Assembly (NCBI GenBank): GCA_903813345.2
Contig: CAIIXF020000001.1
Location: forward strand, 15,438,001 to 15,502,000
DNA length: 64,000 bases
Reading direction: 5' to 3'
DNA from: Owenia fusiformis
Taxonomy: Eukaryota
The position numbers and the translations under genes are program-made. Shown in pieces: positions 12,770 through 24,483 of this stretch; positions within the stretch are counted from its first letter, which is position 1, and each line of letters begins with the position of its first letter. The notes below the pieces were generated by a model. It worked only from the letters and a program-made list of their open reading frames with translations. It searched no databases and had not been told where the DNA came from.

Positions 12770-13426
12770 CCCTCCCCCCCTATCACACCAAACTAGTTCT
12801 TACCCGTTCTTGCCAGTCCTACGAAAAAAACTCATCCGTTAGATTAGAAGGTCATTATGACCTGATTGCAGAACGGTATGCTCGCCATCGAATTTTGAAT
12901 CGATTCAAAATTCTAAATCACATAATCCGTCCGGAAAAGTCAATGGAGTTCGTAAACAGACCGTAGAACGTAGCTACGTTCATTCCGTTCGCACACAGTT
13001 TAAAACCAGTTTTGAAGAACGCAGTGGCAACTTGCTTGGTGTGATAGCTATATTTTTGTTAACTCGTTGATAAATACGTTCTTAATCAGTTTTAACCCAT
13101 TTGCAATTAGTTCTACCTCGTTCTCAATACGTCCTCAGACAGTTCAACTCGTTGTAAAAACGTCCCTAGTAGGATTGAAGTACGACGGTTCCGTTCGTAG
13201 TACGTCCAGCTCGTCGTTAGTAGGTTGTCACTCGTTCTAAATGTAGAACGTGACGACCAAGAGATCATTTTGAGCATGTTCTAAGTTCTAGAAGACCTAC
13301 CCGTTCGAGTACGTTCGGTGAAGTTTGTAAATAGACCCCAAACGGTTCTAAGTACGTCCAGTCCGTTCTTACACAATTGAAACCCGTTTTCGAGAACGTG
13401 AGAACTAGTTTGGTGTGATAGTAGGG
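12770..13426. mobile_element. Same TIR family, internally deleted copy nested in an older inverted relative (~12608-13632)
   Basis: Shared TIRs and body with 581-1390; flanking sequence is the reverse complement of the family's left half. Confidence 0.75.
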
Positions 13427-14051
13427 TAAGGCCTCAATCATACCAAACTAGTTCTCAACCGTTCTTTCCAGTCCTGGTATTGAACTGCGAATGAGATTGA
13501 CGTATTGAAGACTGTTTATGAACGAAGTGGCTAATTATTTTAGACATATTACCCGACCACAGCCAATTTTAGCCCGTTTTACGATGTTTTGATAGGACTG
13601 GCAAGAACTAGTTTGGTGTGATAGGGGGGTTATCAGCCATCAAAAATTCTGAAAATTTTACACATCGTCAATTTAATGATCATCCTTTGAATGTTAACGA
13701 TATAATTTGAAAAGATATATATTATACTTTTCTATATATCGTTTTAGGAAACACATCAGACACCTCTTTTGTTCTTGTTACACGTATCAAATGTTCGAAA
13801 CAAAATGAAACATCTATTCAACCTCATTGGAACAAAACGACATATACACAAGGTGTTTATGTCTAACAATATGTATTTAATGTACAAAGGAAAGTTTGGT
13901 TCATTTTGAAAAAAGGGTATCTTATCAATGAAGTAAAACGTTTAGTTTTAACCCCCCCCCTCCATCTACAGCCAAAACCAAGATGTATTGTACCAAGTGT
14001 GATATATCATTGGAAAGGTCTTCCAAAGTTACGTTTATTAACATATAGCTA

Positions 14052-14821
14052 ACCCCCCTATCACAACAAACTAGTTCTTACCCGTTCTTGTCAGTCCTAC
14101 GAAAACGTCGTAAAACGGGCTCAATCTGGCTGTGGTCGGGAAATATGTCTGAAATAATTAGCTTCTTCGTTCTTAAACAGTCTTCAATACGCACCACGTC
14201 GGTGTGCAACGTCGTAGAACGCGTCCCTTAGTCTAGAAGGTCAACATGACCTGATTACAGAACGGTATGGTCGCCATCGAATTTTGAATCGATTCAAAGT
14301 TCTAAAATCACATTCCCGTCTGAGAACGTTCATAAAGTTCGTAAATAGACCTTTGAAAGTTGCAGCTACGTTCATTCCGTTCGCACACAGTTTTAAAGAA
14401 CGCACTGGCAATTTGTTTGGTGTGATAGCTATATTTTTGCTAACTCGTTAATAAGCGGTGTTAAATACGTTCTTAATTAGTTTAAACCCGTTTTCAATTA
14501 GTTCTACCTCGTTCTCAACACGTCCTCAGACAGTTCAACTCGTTGTTAAAACGTTCCTAGTAGGATTGAAGTACGACGGTTCCGTTCGTAGTACGTCCAG
14601 CTCGTCGTTAGTACGTTGTCACTCGTTCTGATTGTAGAACGTGACGACAACGAGAACATTTTGAGCATTGTTTAAGTTCTAGAGGACCTGCCCGTTCGAG
14701 TACGTTCGATGAAGTTTGTAAATAGATCCCAAATGGTTCTTAGTATGTCCAGTCCGTTCGTACACAGTTGAAGCCCGTTTTCGAAAACGTAGTGAGAACT
14801 AGTTTGGTGTGATAGTAGGGT
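14052..14821. mobile_element. Same TIR family, copy 3
   Basis: Colinear with 581-1390, TA flanks. Confidence 0.85.
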
Positions 14822-16880
14822 TACACATGTCAATCTCACAAATTTTTAAATTGTATCAATTGAGATGACCATAGGCCTAGCTAGAAACATGGCAATTTGA
14901 AGTTTTTGGCAGGATTTTAAGATTCAGGCATAAGAAAAGTCAGCATACAGTGTAAATGAATTTAACCAATTTCTGTAATGAGTGGAATGCGAAAAAGATG
15001 AACCTTTTGACTTAAGGAGGGTACTACACTTAACTATAAAGGTCATCATTAAAATATATATAGGCCTTTCATCCAAAATACTGGAGAGTTGGTGAGTTAA
15101 CATAACCTTGGATGATGTTTCCCATGGTATATAACACTATTTATCTTTTAAGGTTTTTGTTCGCCTGTTATTCACCAAAAATGAAATATTTTTTTACAAT
15201 GTTAAATGTATGACCATGCTTTTTTAAATTTTTTTATGAGTTCAACAATTAGTTGAAAAAGGAGGTGAAAATTAGTTCAACAATTAGTTGAAAAAGAATG
15301 TTGGTTTGTATATTGAAAATTAGTTCAACAATTAGTTGAAAAAGATTGTTGGTTGGTGGTCCTTTGCCTCTTTGATATCACTTAGTCTGGTTAACTTAAT
15401 TATCATTATATACATACCTTGCTTGGAGATGATGAACGAGTCTCATAGATACACCGGTACCCGTGTTCATGATCAGAAAATATTCATAATTTATATTACA
15501 AACGTCTAAAATTGTTTGCGATAAGTTACCTACGTGCTCCTTAAAGGGTGACGCATATCGTTTAGCAAATCGAACGCTCGTTTCTGGTGTTGCTCACCGT
15601 TTGGTATAAAAGGCCCGATCCCGGAATAATACTCAAGGGTTCACAGGTTCGAGGTCGTTGTGTCAACACCTCTAACTGTTATATAGCATAAGTATATTAT
15701 AGATCGTCACACATTTATAAAAGGGTGATTTTTATTTTGACAAATCAATTCCACATTTATGGGTGAAGTTTCAGGATCTTCTATTTGTGTACAATAAGGA
15801 AAAATTGGCATCTAAATTTCCCCATAACGTAATAGCACACAGCTTGACATATGAAATATCCTACAAATGAAACAAAGCAAGACAAACCGGTTTCTAATAC
15901 AAGGATTTATATTGGCTGTTGTACATGTATTCTTTGAACGCAATCACTCTTTGGATAACGTTTTCAAAATCATTATAAAAGGATTTCTTTATCTCAAAGA
16001 CAATTTCAATAAACTGGATTTTACAGAACTCCCCTTATTTCTTAAAAATGGACTGATCCAGTTGATTCGCCTGGAGCCGCCATATTGTTTTTATACGGGA
16101 TGCTAATCGGAACCCTTTAACATGCAGTAGAGAAACCGAATTACCACTTCATTCACCAACAGTTGGCATACCTTAAACTTGAGTTTCAAAACTGAGCCTT
16201 TTACGATTCCCCATGTACACGACTTTTAACTTGGACTTGGAAATTATAATCTGGAAGACCATTTTGCTATTCATTTTGTTATGCATTTTAAATGTACATT
16301 TTACTCGTACATCTCAAAAACAAATACGATGATATTCATTCTATCGGAAAAGTTCGAAAACAATTATGTGTCCATATTAGTAAATGATGTGATGTTTGTA
16401 TGTATATTCATTTATTTCTGTCTCACACGTAAAGTACATCCAGCCCTTGCCGACTTACGAGAGACTCATCAATCGATTTTTAAAGCTAAAGCAGTGTCAT
16501 TCATTTTATTGCATCGTTATCAATTTCAGTCATACTACTGTACGTTAGCTTTAAAATTGGTTCTTGATGTTTATTCATATAATACCAATAAAATGATTCA
16601 TAAAAGACTCACTTTAACTCATTTTTCAACTTACATGAATGTACACTAGTGTGATCCACAAGGGGCCCTTTTGGTCTATTAATTACATCATACAATAAAT
16701 TCAGATATATCTGAACTGTAACGATATATCTGAATTGTAAATACTTTTAAAAATGAATGAGAAATAAGTCTAAAGTTACGATTGTTAAATCAAATCTGCA
16801 GCCTTGATCGTATAAAAAATATCTAGTGCATTGATTTTTGCTGGAAGCATGGTGTTTAAAGTTAATTATGCGTCCATATA

Positions 16881-18909
16881 CAGGCCCGTAAGACACTTTT
16901 CTCCAAGGGGGGTGCGGTTTTAACTAAAGAGAAAATAAAATTGTCAATTTTTTACCGCGTAAATCAAATTGCGTAAGTCAAGGGGGGGGGGTCGGTTACT
17001 CCCTATATTTTGTAGTATTTTATTGTTTTCGTATTGTTTTTAGACTAAATATTGTATGAGCAATTTGGAGAAATACTGGAATAGGGGGAGGGTGTACTAG
17101 AAGGGCATAAATGCCCGAGAACTTTTACCAGTTCAAGATCACATTCAGTGATTTCTGGATCCTTTCAAGGTGTTTTAATTGAAACAGAATCTATTTATAA
17201 GAAATTCAGATTTTTTCAATCATTTTCTTCTTAGGGGGGCAGCAAGGAAAATTTTACAAATTCAAGATGCTGTTTGGTTAATTCTGAGCACTTTTAATGT
17301 GTTTGAGTAAATGAATGCTTTTGTTTTTGGGGTTGGCTGCCAGAAATGTTTATGTTTTTATGATTTCATTATGTCACTTGGTGACTTCTAGGCACTTTAA
17401 ATTTAAAATTAAAACAAATGCAACCTCCAAACTTGTGAGGAGTGACCCACTCCCCTTAGAAAATTTTACACTTTTGAGATGCCATTTGGTGCTTTCTGGG
17501 CACTTTTAAAGTGAATGAGTCGTCGATAAAAAAAATTTCAAATTCTTTTTGGGGATGTCAAAGAGAATGAAAGGGTGAAGTGGGGTGGAGTGTCAGAGGG
17601 GGAGCATTAAGGGGTTGTTCCCAAGAAACAGTGACCATATCAAAGTGCCATTTGATGATGTCTGGGCACTTTAAAAATGTCTGAGACAATACATGAAATT
17701 CAGAATTTTTTCAATTGTTTTGTGGGGGATGTGAGGGGTGGTCAACTCTCCTAGAAAATTTTACAATTTTAAGATGATACTTGGTGCTTCTGGGCACTTT
17801 TAAAGTGTATGAGTCAATCGAAAAAAAATTGAAAAACAATTACATTTTTTCAATTTTTAGGGGTGTCAAAGGGGGATGCCAGAGGGGGGATGCCAGAGGG
17901 GGAGGTGAGATTAGGGTGCCAGAGGGCCAGCAAATGTTTTTCCCCAATATCTGTCCCCAGAAACATTGGCCATATCAAGGTGCTATTTGATGAAGTCTGG
18001 GCACTTTAAAAGTGTCTGAGACAATGCATGAAATAAATTCAGAATTTTTTGTGGGGGATGTGAGGGGTGGCCTACTTCCCTGGAAAATTTTACAATTTTA
18101 AGATGCTATTTGGTGCTTTCTGAACACTTTCGAAGTGTATGACTCAATAAAAAATTTGAAAAAATCACAATATTTTGGGGGTTGTCAAAGGGGGAGGGGG
18201 TGCCAGAGGGGGAGGTAGGGTGGGGATGCAAGAGGGCGAGTAAGTGTTAGTCTCCCAGAATCATTGACTATATCAAGGTGCTATTTGATGATGTCTGGGC
18301 ACTTTACATGTGTCTGAGATGATGTATAAAATAAATTCAGAACTTTTCAATTTTGCTTTGGGTGTGAGGGGTGGCCGACTCCCCCTAGAAAGTTTTACAA
18401 TTTTAAAACGCTATTTAGTGCTCTCTGGGCACTTTCAAAGTGTATGAGTCAATTAAAAATTTGAGAAAATCACAATTTTTTGGAGGGGTGTCCAGGGGGC
18501 GAGGGCCGAGGGTGCCAGAGGGGGAGGTGGGTTGGGGTGGGGATCCCGAAGGGGAGCATGTGTTTGTCCCCCACCAGAAACATTGACTATATCAAGGAGC
18601 TATGTTATGAAGTCTGGGCACTTGGGCACTTTAAAAGTGTCTGAGACAATACATCAAATAAATTCAGAACTTTTCCATTGTATTGAGGGGGTGTGAGGGG
18701 TGACCCACTCCCTCTAGAAAATTTTACAATTTTAAGATGCTATTTGATGCTTTCTGGGCACTCTAAAAGTGTATGAGATGATGAAAAATAATTACAAAAA
18801 AAATATTTTTCAAAAATATTTTTTTTTAATTTTTAAATTTTTTTGGGGGGTATCAAAGGGGGGTGCGGTCGCACCCATCGCACCCCCCCCCCCCCATCTG
18901 ACGGGCCTG
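16881..18909. mobile_element. hAT-like non-autonomous element with internal ~300-330 bp tandem repeats, downstream of the copy B stop
   Basis: caggcccgtaaga / tctgacgggcctg termini; ATATA on both sides; absent at the paralogous site near 39320; about five G-rich repeat units at 17450-18800. Confidence 0.8.
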
Positions 18910-18982
18910 ATATATATGGATCATGTGAAAGCTTTCAAAAATTTTAATAATGTAGGGTCTGATCAATAAGGAAAGGGAATCT

Positions 18983-19109
18983 TTAAGATTGTCTAATCAA
19001 ATCTGCAGCCTTCTCTCCTATCATAATAGATGGCGCATTGGTGTTGCCTGATACGACATGAGGCATAATGGATGCATCTGCCACTCTCAGATTCTCAATC
19101 CCTTTCACT
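18983..19109 (-). CDS. GMC copy B exon 11 (not in ORF track)
   Basis: [41 protein letters not shown]. Confidence 0.88.
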
Positions 19110-19245
19110 CTGCAAAACATGACAATACTTTGAAAGATCTCGGGCAAAGGCATTACTCGTTTAACTAGACATGTAAAAATTGAACAAGTTCAATTTAAGA
19201 CTCCTAAGATTTCAGACTTTTTTAAGCTGGGTAATACCTGAGACT

Positions 19246-19989
19246 TATCCCGTTCCAGGACTATGGTCCTGTACGGAGCCCATACATTTGCCTGTACGAT
19301 TACAACTTGGGAGAATTATCTACGCCCCTTCCACTTAAGAAACCTACCTCAATGCATTCTAGAACTCAAAATGTAACTTCTAATATATTGGAACCGCCGA
19401 TTGTCTGGGTTAGTTGGCAGAACGAGGTCTTTTTGTTTCTTATGGCTCTTTTGGTCGAAGTTCGATTAAGATGGCGGTTATAACGGAATTTCCCGAACTC
19501 TTCCGTAATAGCACGAACTTGGTTTTTCGTTACGTCACTTCCGTGTAAAATGGATTTGTTTCGGGTAAGAGGGAATTTCGAAAATTTCGGACAATATTTT
19601 CAATATTTACTGCCATGTCGACATCCTATGCTCTTAACTGTATACCGAATGGTTAAACAATGTTTCTTACCGGAAACAAATTCATTTTACATGGAAGTGA
19701 AGTAACGAAAAACCAAGTTCGTGCTATTACGGAAGAGTTCGGGAAATTCCGTTATAACCGCCATCTTAATCGAACTTCGACCAAAAGAGCCATAAGAAAC
19801 AAAAAGACCTCGTTCTGCCAACAAACCCAGACAATCGGCGGTTCCAATATATTAGAAGTAACATTTTGAGTTCTAGAATGCATTGAGGTAGGTTTCTTAA
19901 GTGGAAGGGGCGTAGATAATTCTCCCAAGTTGTAATCGTACAGGCAAATGTATGGGCTCCGTACAGGACTATAGTCCGGGAACAGGATA
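19246..19989. mobile_element. Foldback element with ~325-bp near-perfect TIRs, TSD acctgagact (10 bp; an 8-bp reading is also possible)
   Basis: 19246-19570 is the reverse complement of ~19664-19989; direct repeat at 19236-19245 and 19990-19999. Confidence 0.88.
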
Positions 19990-21196
19990 ACCTGAGACTA
20001 ACATAAATGGGATTGGAAGCCTTCCATTGACCATGTATTAAATTTTCAAAATCCCCACGCCAAACGAGATTTCTCGAGATTTGGATTCTAGACGATCACC
20101 ATTGGCGAATTCTTTTCGCCGGAGCTGTGCTTTTCTACAATTATGTAATTATACTCACTGTGTGGTATGTATTTAATCTATTAAATGGTATTATTGGGTG
20201 CATAATTATTGGAAAATAGTAGAATCTGCATCAGAAACGTCCTTACAATACCATAATAGGCGATTGAAAAATTGAGAAAAAATTTCACAAGGAAGACTGT
20301 CGAAGAATCCGTGGATTTTTGACGATTTATGTTAAAAATGACATAATTTATGTGTTTATAAAGTTATATATAGGTTATACATCAACAAGTAGGGCTTTCA
20401 TTCTCACTTTTTCTCACATTTTTGCAAAACATTTTCGTCCATTTTTCAGTCAAAAAAGATTTTTCTCAAAAGTTTTTTCTTGCAGATAAATTATCCAGAA
20501 AAGCCACTGATATGGTCCATATATCATTGGAAAGACCAAACTTAGTAGGTCACCTCAGACTTTTCATTTGGATTATAGATTGGTTCTTTTAATTGACATA
20601 GCTGATTGAAATCATTGTATTGGCAAAACTTCCCCTAACTCCTTGATTGCCTTGTGACTGATTATTTTTCAAAAGGTTCATTATCCAAATATCCTTCAGA
20701 TATGGTTAATACGTCACTGGAAAGAGCAGAATTAGTAGAATTCCAAAGATTATTCATTTAACTGATAGGTTTTCCTCTTTTAATTGTCAAAGTCAACCAA
20801 TCATGGTATTCAGGTTTTGGACTTACTTTACCCTCTTTTCACGATAAATCGCCTATGATTTTTCAAAAGTTTACTTTTCGAAATAAATTCACCCAGACTT
20901 CTCCCATATATGGTTCATATATCACTGGAAAGAGCAGAATTAATAGAATTCCAAAGATTATTCACTGAAATGATAGCTTTCCTTTTTTTATTGTCATAGT
21001 CCACTGAAATCATGATATTGGCCTAACTTTCCCCTCCTTTCGCGATAAATTGCCTATGATTTTTCAAAAGTTTACTTTTCCAAAATATTGATCCAGACAT
21101 CCCCCATACAGTATATGGTTCATATATCACTGGAAAGAGCAGAATTAGTAGAATTCCAAAAATTATTCACTGAAATGATAGCTTTCCTTTTTTAAT

Positions 21197-21576
21197 ATCC
21201 CAGATGCGAGTAGAAATAATCTTGATTAACGTCATTAATAATTCATTAGGAAATGTGGTTTTGAAAAGAGTTTATCAACTTTGAAAATTTAATTTTCTTT
21301 GAAAATGTGACTTCTAGGTCGGGGAGATTCCCCATAGAGCCCATGTTGTAAAACCACACAAAGTGAAATATCTTTTCTTGTGTTGGGCAGATAATATTTT
21401 CTTTTACTGGACATATTTTAATTTGTGACTATCAGATACATAAAGGTAATATGAAAAGTGAACCATTAAAACTGATGCATATTCAAGTAAGGAAATTTTG
21501 TAATACCCTGCCATGTTAATTCCCCCGAATCAGCCACCTGGTGGCGAAACTGGTAACTGCCAACTCGCATCTGAGT
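21197..21576. mobile_element. Small TIR element nested in a repeat unit
   Basis: cagatgcgagt / actcgcatctg termini with AAT flanks; neighbouring units show the empty site. Confidence 0.7.
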
Positions 21577-22239
21577 AATTGTCATAGTCCACTAAAATCA
21601 TGGTATTGGCCTTATTTTCCCCTCGTTTCGCGATAAATCACCTATGATTTTTCAAAAGTTTACTTTTCCAATGAAATTCACCCGTACATCTACAAAATAT
21701 GGTTCATATATCACTGGAAAGAGCAGAATTAGTAGAATTCCAAAAATTATTCATTGAACTGATAGCTTTCCTTTTTTAATTGTCATAATTGTTATGAAGG
21801 TCTCAGGTAATACAGAATAAGATGAGTCATCCAAAATAAGCTGAGTCAACCAGAATATAGACATTTAGACAATTCTTAGGTAGGGTTTCTTCCACCCTTA
21901 CTTCAGAAGTCACACATTAAATTTGGAGAACATTTTGTTTTTATCCACTTTCCGGACACAATATCTCAAAAATGGGCCAAAATACTTTGGAACGGCAAAA
22001 TCCTAAGTCTAATCCTAAGTCTCGGTTTGGAGAACAGTCCCCTGGGCTAATACTTTTTAATGAAAAATATAGAAATATCAACAGATCAACCAAATTAGAT
22101 TATGAATATTCAAAAGAGGACATGTAAATTTACAAGATGTAAAAATATCAAAGTCCGAAGCAGGGGTTTCGCTCAATTAGACCGATCCAATAAAATACAA
22201 GTGGAGTAGTGACAGAATTATAAATCGGGATTAATGTAC

Positions 22240-22465
22240 CTTAACTGTGGGTCTACGACTGAGTTTTTATCAGTAGCTGGTCCCATTCTGCATGTTGATG
22301 ATGGATGGAATGTAGTCCACATGTTTGCTCTTATGAAACAATCCCAGTAAGCATCGGTGCCAAATCGGTGAGCTTTACATAAAGGGTGGTGATTTCTTTT
22401 CAGTTCAAATCCTCCCCTTTTGAATACATTTGTTTTTGCAAGTTTTTCTGTCCACACCTTTATCC
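22240..22465 (-). CDS. GMC copy B exon 10
   Basis: [10 protein letters not shown]...VVDPQLR, 226 nt. Confidence 0.88.
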
Positions 22466-22622
22466 CTATATATGAAACATGATTTCAGAAATATAGCAAT
22501 GATTATTTATTTAGTTAGGTTTCAAATCAGCTAGGCTCACTACATATTGTATGAAAATGTGTTGACCTATTTTTAATTTTTTAGATTAATAATATGATGA
22601 TGAACATGTATTAATTATTAAC

Positions 22623-22806
22623 CTGCCGTCAAATGTTTCACATCAACTGAATTTTTGAGGTAGTTTGGCTCAATCAATGGATGATCAAATGGATCCGTGC
22701 TCTGAAGTCTAATTGTACCATTGGTAGCTGGATGGAGCAATGTGACAAGGACACTGATTCCAGTTTTTCCGTCCAGTTCCTCATCTGGGTATATTGTATT
22801 CCACAC
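22623..22806 (-). CDS. GMC copy B exon 9
   Basis: [28 protein letters not shown], 184 nt. Confidence 0.88.
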
Positions 22807-22809
22807 CTG

Positions 22810-24480
22810 AAATTGTATTGGAACAGTTCATTCCATAACTGAAGATGCATTGACATATACCATTATACAACTGAAAGTACATTGAAATAGACCATTGTAT
22901 AACTGAATGTGCATTGAAGTAGACTATTGCATAACTGAAAGCGGACTAAAATAGTCCATTACATAACTTGAAAGTGCATTGAAATAGACCATTGCATAAC
23001 TGAAAGTGCATTGAAGTAGACCATTGCATAACTGAAAGTACACTTAAATAGTCCATTGCATATCTGAAAGATCATTGAAATAGGCCATTGCATAACTGAA
23101 AGTGCATTGAAGTAGACTATTGCATAACTAAAAGTACACTAAAATAGTCCATTACATAACTGAAGGTGCATTTGAATAGACCATTGCATAACTGAAAGTG
23201 CATTAAAGTAGACTATTGCATAACTGAAAGTATACTAAAATAGTCCATTACATAACTTGAAAGTGCTTTGAAATAGACCATTGCATAACTGAAAGTGCAG
23301 TGAAGTAGACCATTGCATAACTGAAAGTATACTAAAATAGTCCATTACATAACTGAATGTGCATTGAAATAGGCCATTTTATAACTGAAAGTGCATTGAA
23401 ATAGACCATTGCATAGCTTAAAGTGCATTGAAGTAGAATATTGCATAACTTAAAGTACACTAAAATAGCCCATTACATAACTGAATGTGCATTGAAATAG
23501 ACCATGCATAACTGAAAGTGAATTGAAGTAAACTATTGCATAACTGAAAGCGCACTAAAATAGTTCATTACATAACTGAAAGTGCATTGAAATAGATCAT
23601 TGCATAACTGAAAGTGCATTGAAGTAGACAATTACATGACCTACCGTACACTAATCTGGAAGTGCACTGAAATAGGCCATTGCATAACTGAAAGTGCATT
23701 GAAGTAGACCATTGCATAACTGAAGTATACCATTGCATAACTGAAAGTTATAGACCATTGCATGACTGAAACTAGAATAGTCCATTACATAACTGAAAGT
23801 GCATTGGAAAAGACCATTGTATAACTGAGGGTGCATTGAAGTAGACCATTGCATCACTGAAGGTACAGTAAAATAGTCCATTACATAACTGAAAGTGCTT
23901 TAAAATAGACCATTACATAACTAAAGTACATTGAAGTAGACTATTGCATAACTGAAAGTACAATAAAAGTGCATTAAAATAGACCATACATAACTTGAAA
24001 GTGTGAAAGTGCACTGAAATAGACCATTGCATAACTGAAAGTGCCTTGCCGTAGACTATTCCATAACTGAAAGCGCACTAAAAGTCCATTACATAACTGA
24101 AAGTGCATTGAAATAGACCATTGCATAACTGAAAGTGCATTGAAGTAGACCATTGCATAACTGAAAGTACACTAAAATAGTCCATTACATATCTAAAAGT
24201 GCATCAGAATAAACCATTACATAACTTAAAATGTATTAAAGTAGAAGATTGCATAATTGAAAGCGCACTAAAAGAGTCCATTCCATAACTGAGAGTGCAT
24301 TAAGACAAACCATTACATAACTGGAAGCCCCTTGATATACTACATTACATAGTTGAAAGTGCATTGAAACCATTTATAATATAACGAAATGTGCATTGAA
24401 ATATTGCATTCCATGACTGAAAGTGCTTTTGAACATTGCATTTCATAGCTGGTATTAATATTGCACTGAAATAGTGGACT
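22810..24480. repeat. 32-bp minisatellite (ataactgaaagtgcattgaaatagaccattgc) in B intron 8
   Basis: ~50 units, often in a 3-unit higher-order pattern; continues at 26733-26880. Confidence 0.95.
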
Positions 24481-24483
24481 ATA

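Larger units (their letters stand above)
19236..21808. mobile_element. TIR element with ~200-bp internal tandem repeats (B intron 10)
   Basis: acctgagactaacataa / ttatgaaggtctcaggt with AAT flanks; repeats of atatggttcatatatcactggaaagagcagaattag at ~20510, 20700, 20908, 21113, 21698; absent from the 121-bp C intron. Confidence 0.7.

Noticed and set aside
15560-15700. tRNA or tRNA-derived SINE (GGTTCGA)
   Set aside because: No A-box, cloverleaf or tail could be identified.
16281-16649. 122-aa plus-strand ORF (paralogue at 38737-38991)
   Set aside because: AT-rich, antisense to the GMC 3' flank, and the start and stop are not conserved between paralogues.
23651-23881. ORFs within the satellite (also 40398-40691)
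   Set aside because: Chance open frames in the 32-bp repeat.
22810-24480. 32-bp repeat array as a CRISPR array
   Set aside because: Units are contiguous with no unique spacers, there are no cas genes, and it lies in a spliceosomal intron.
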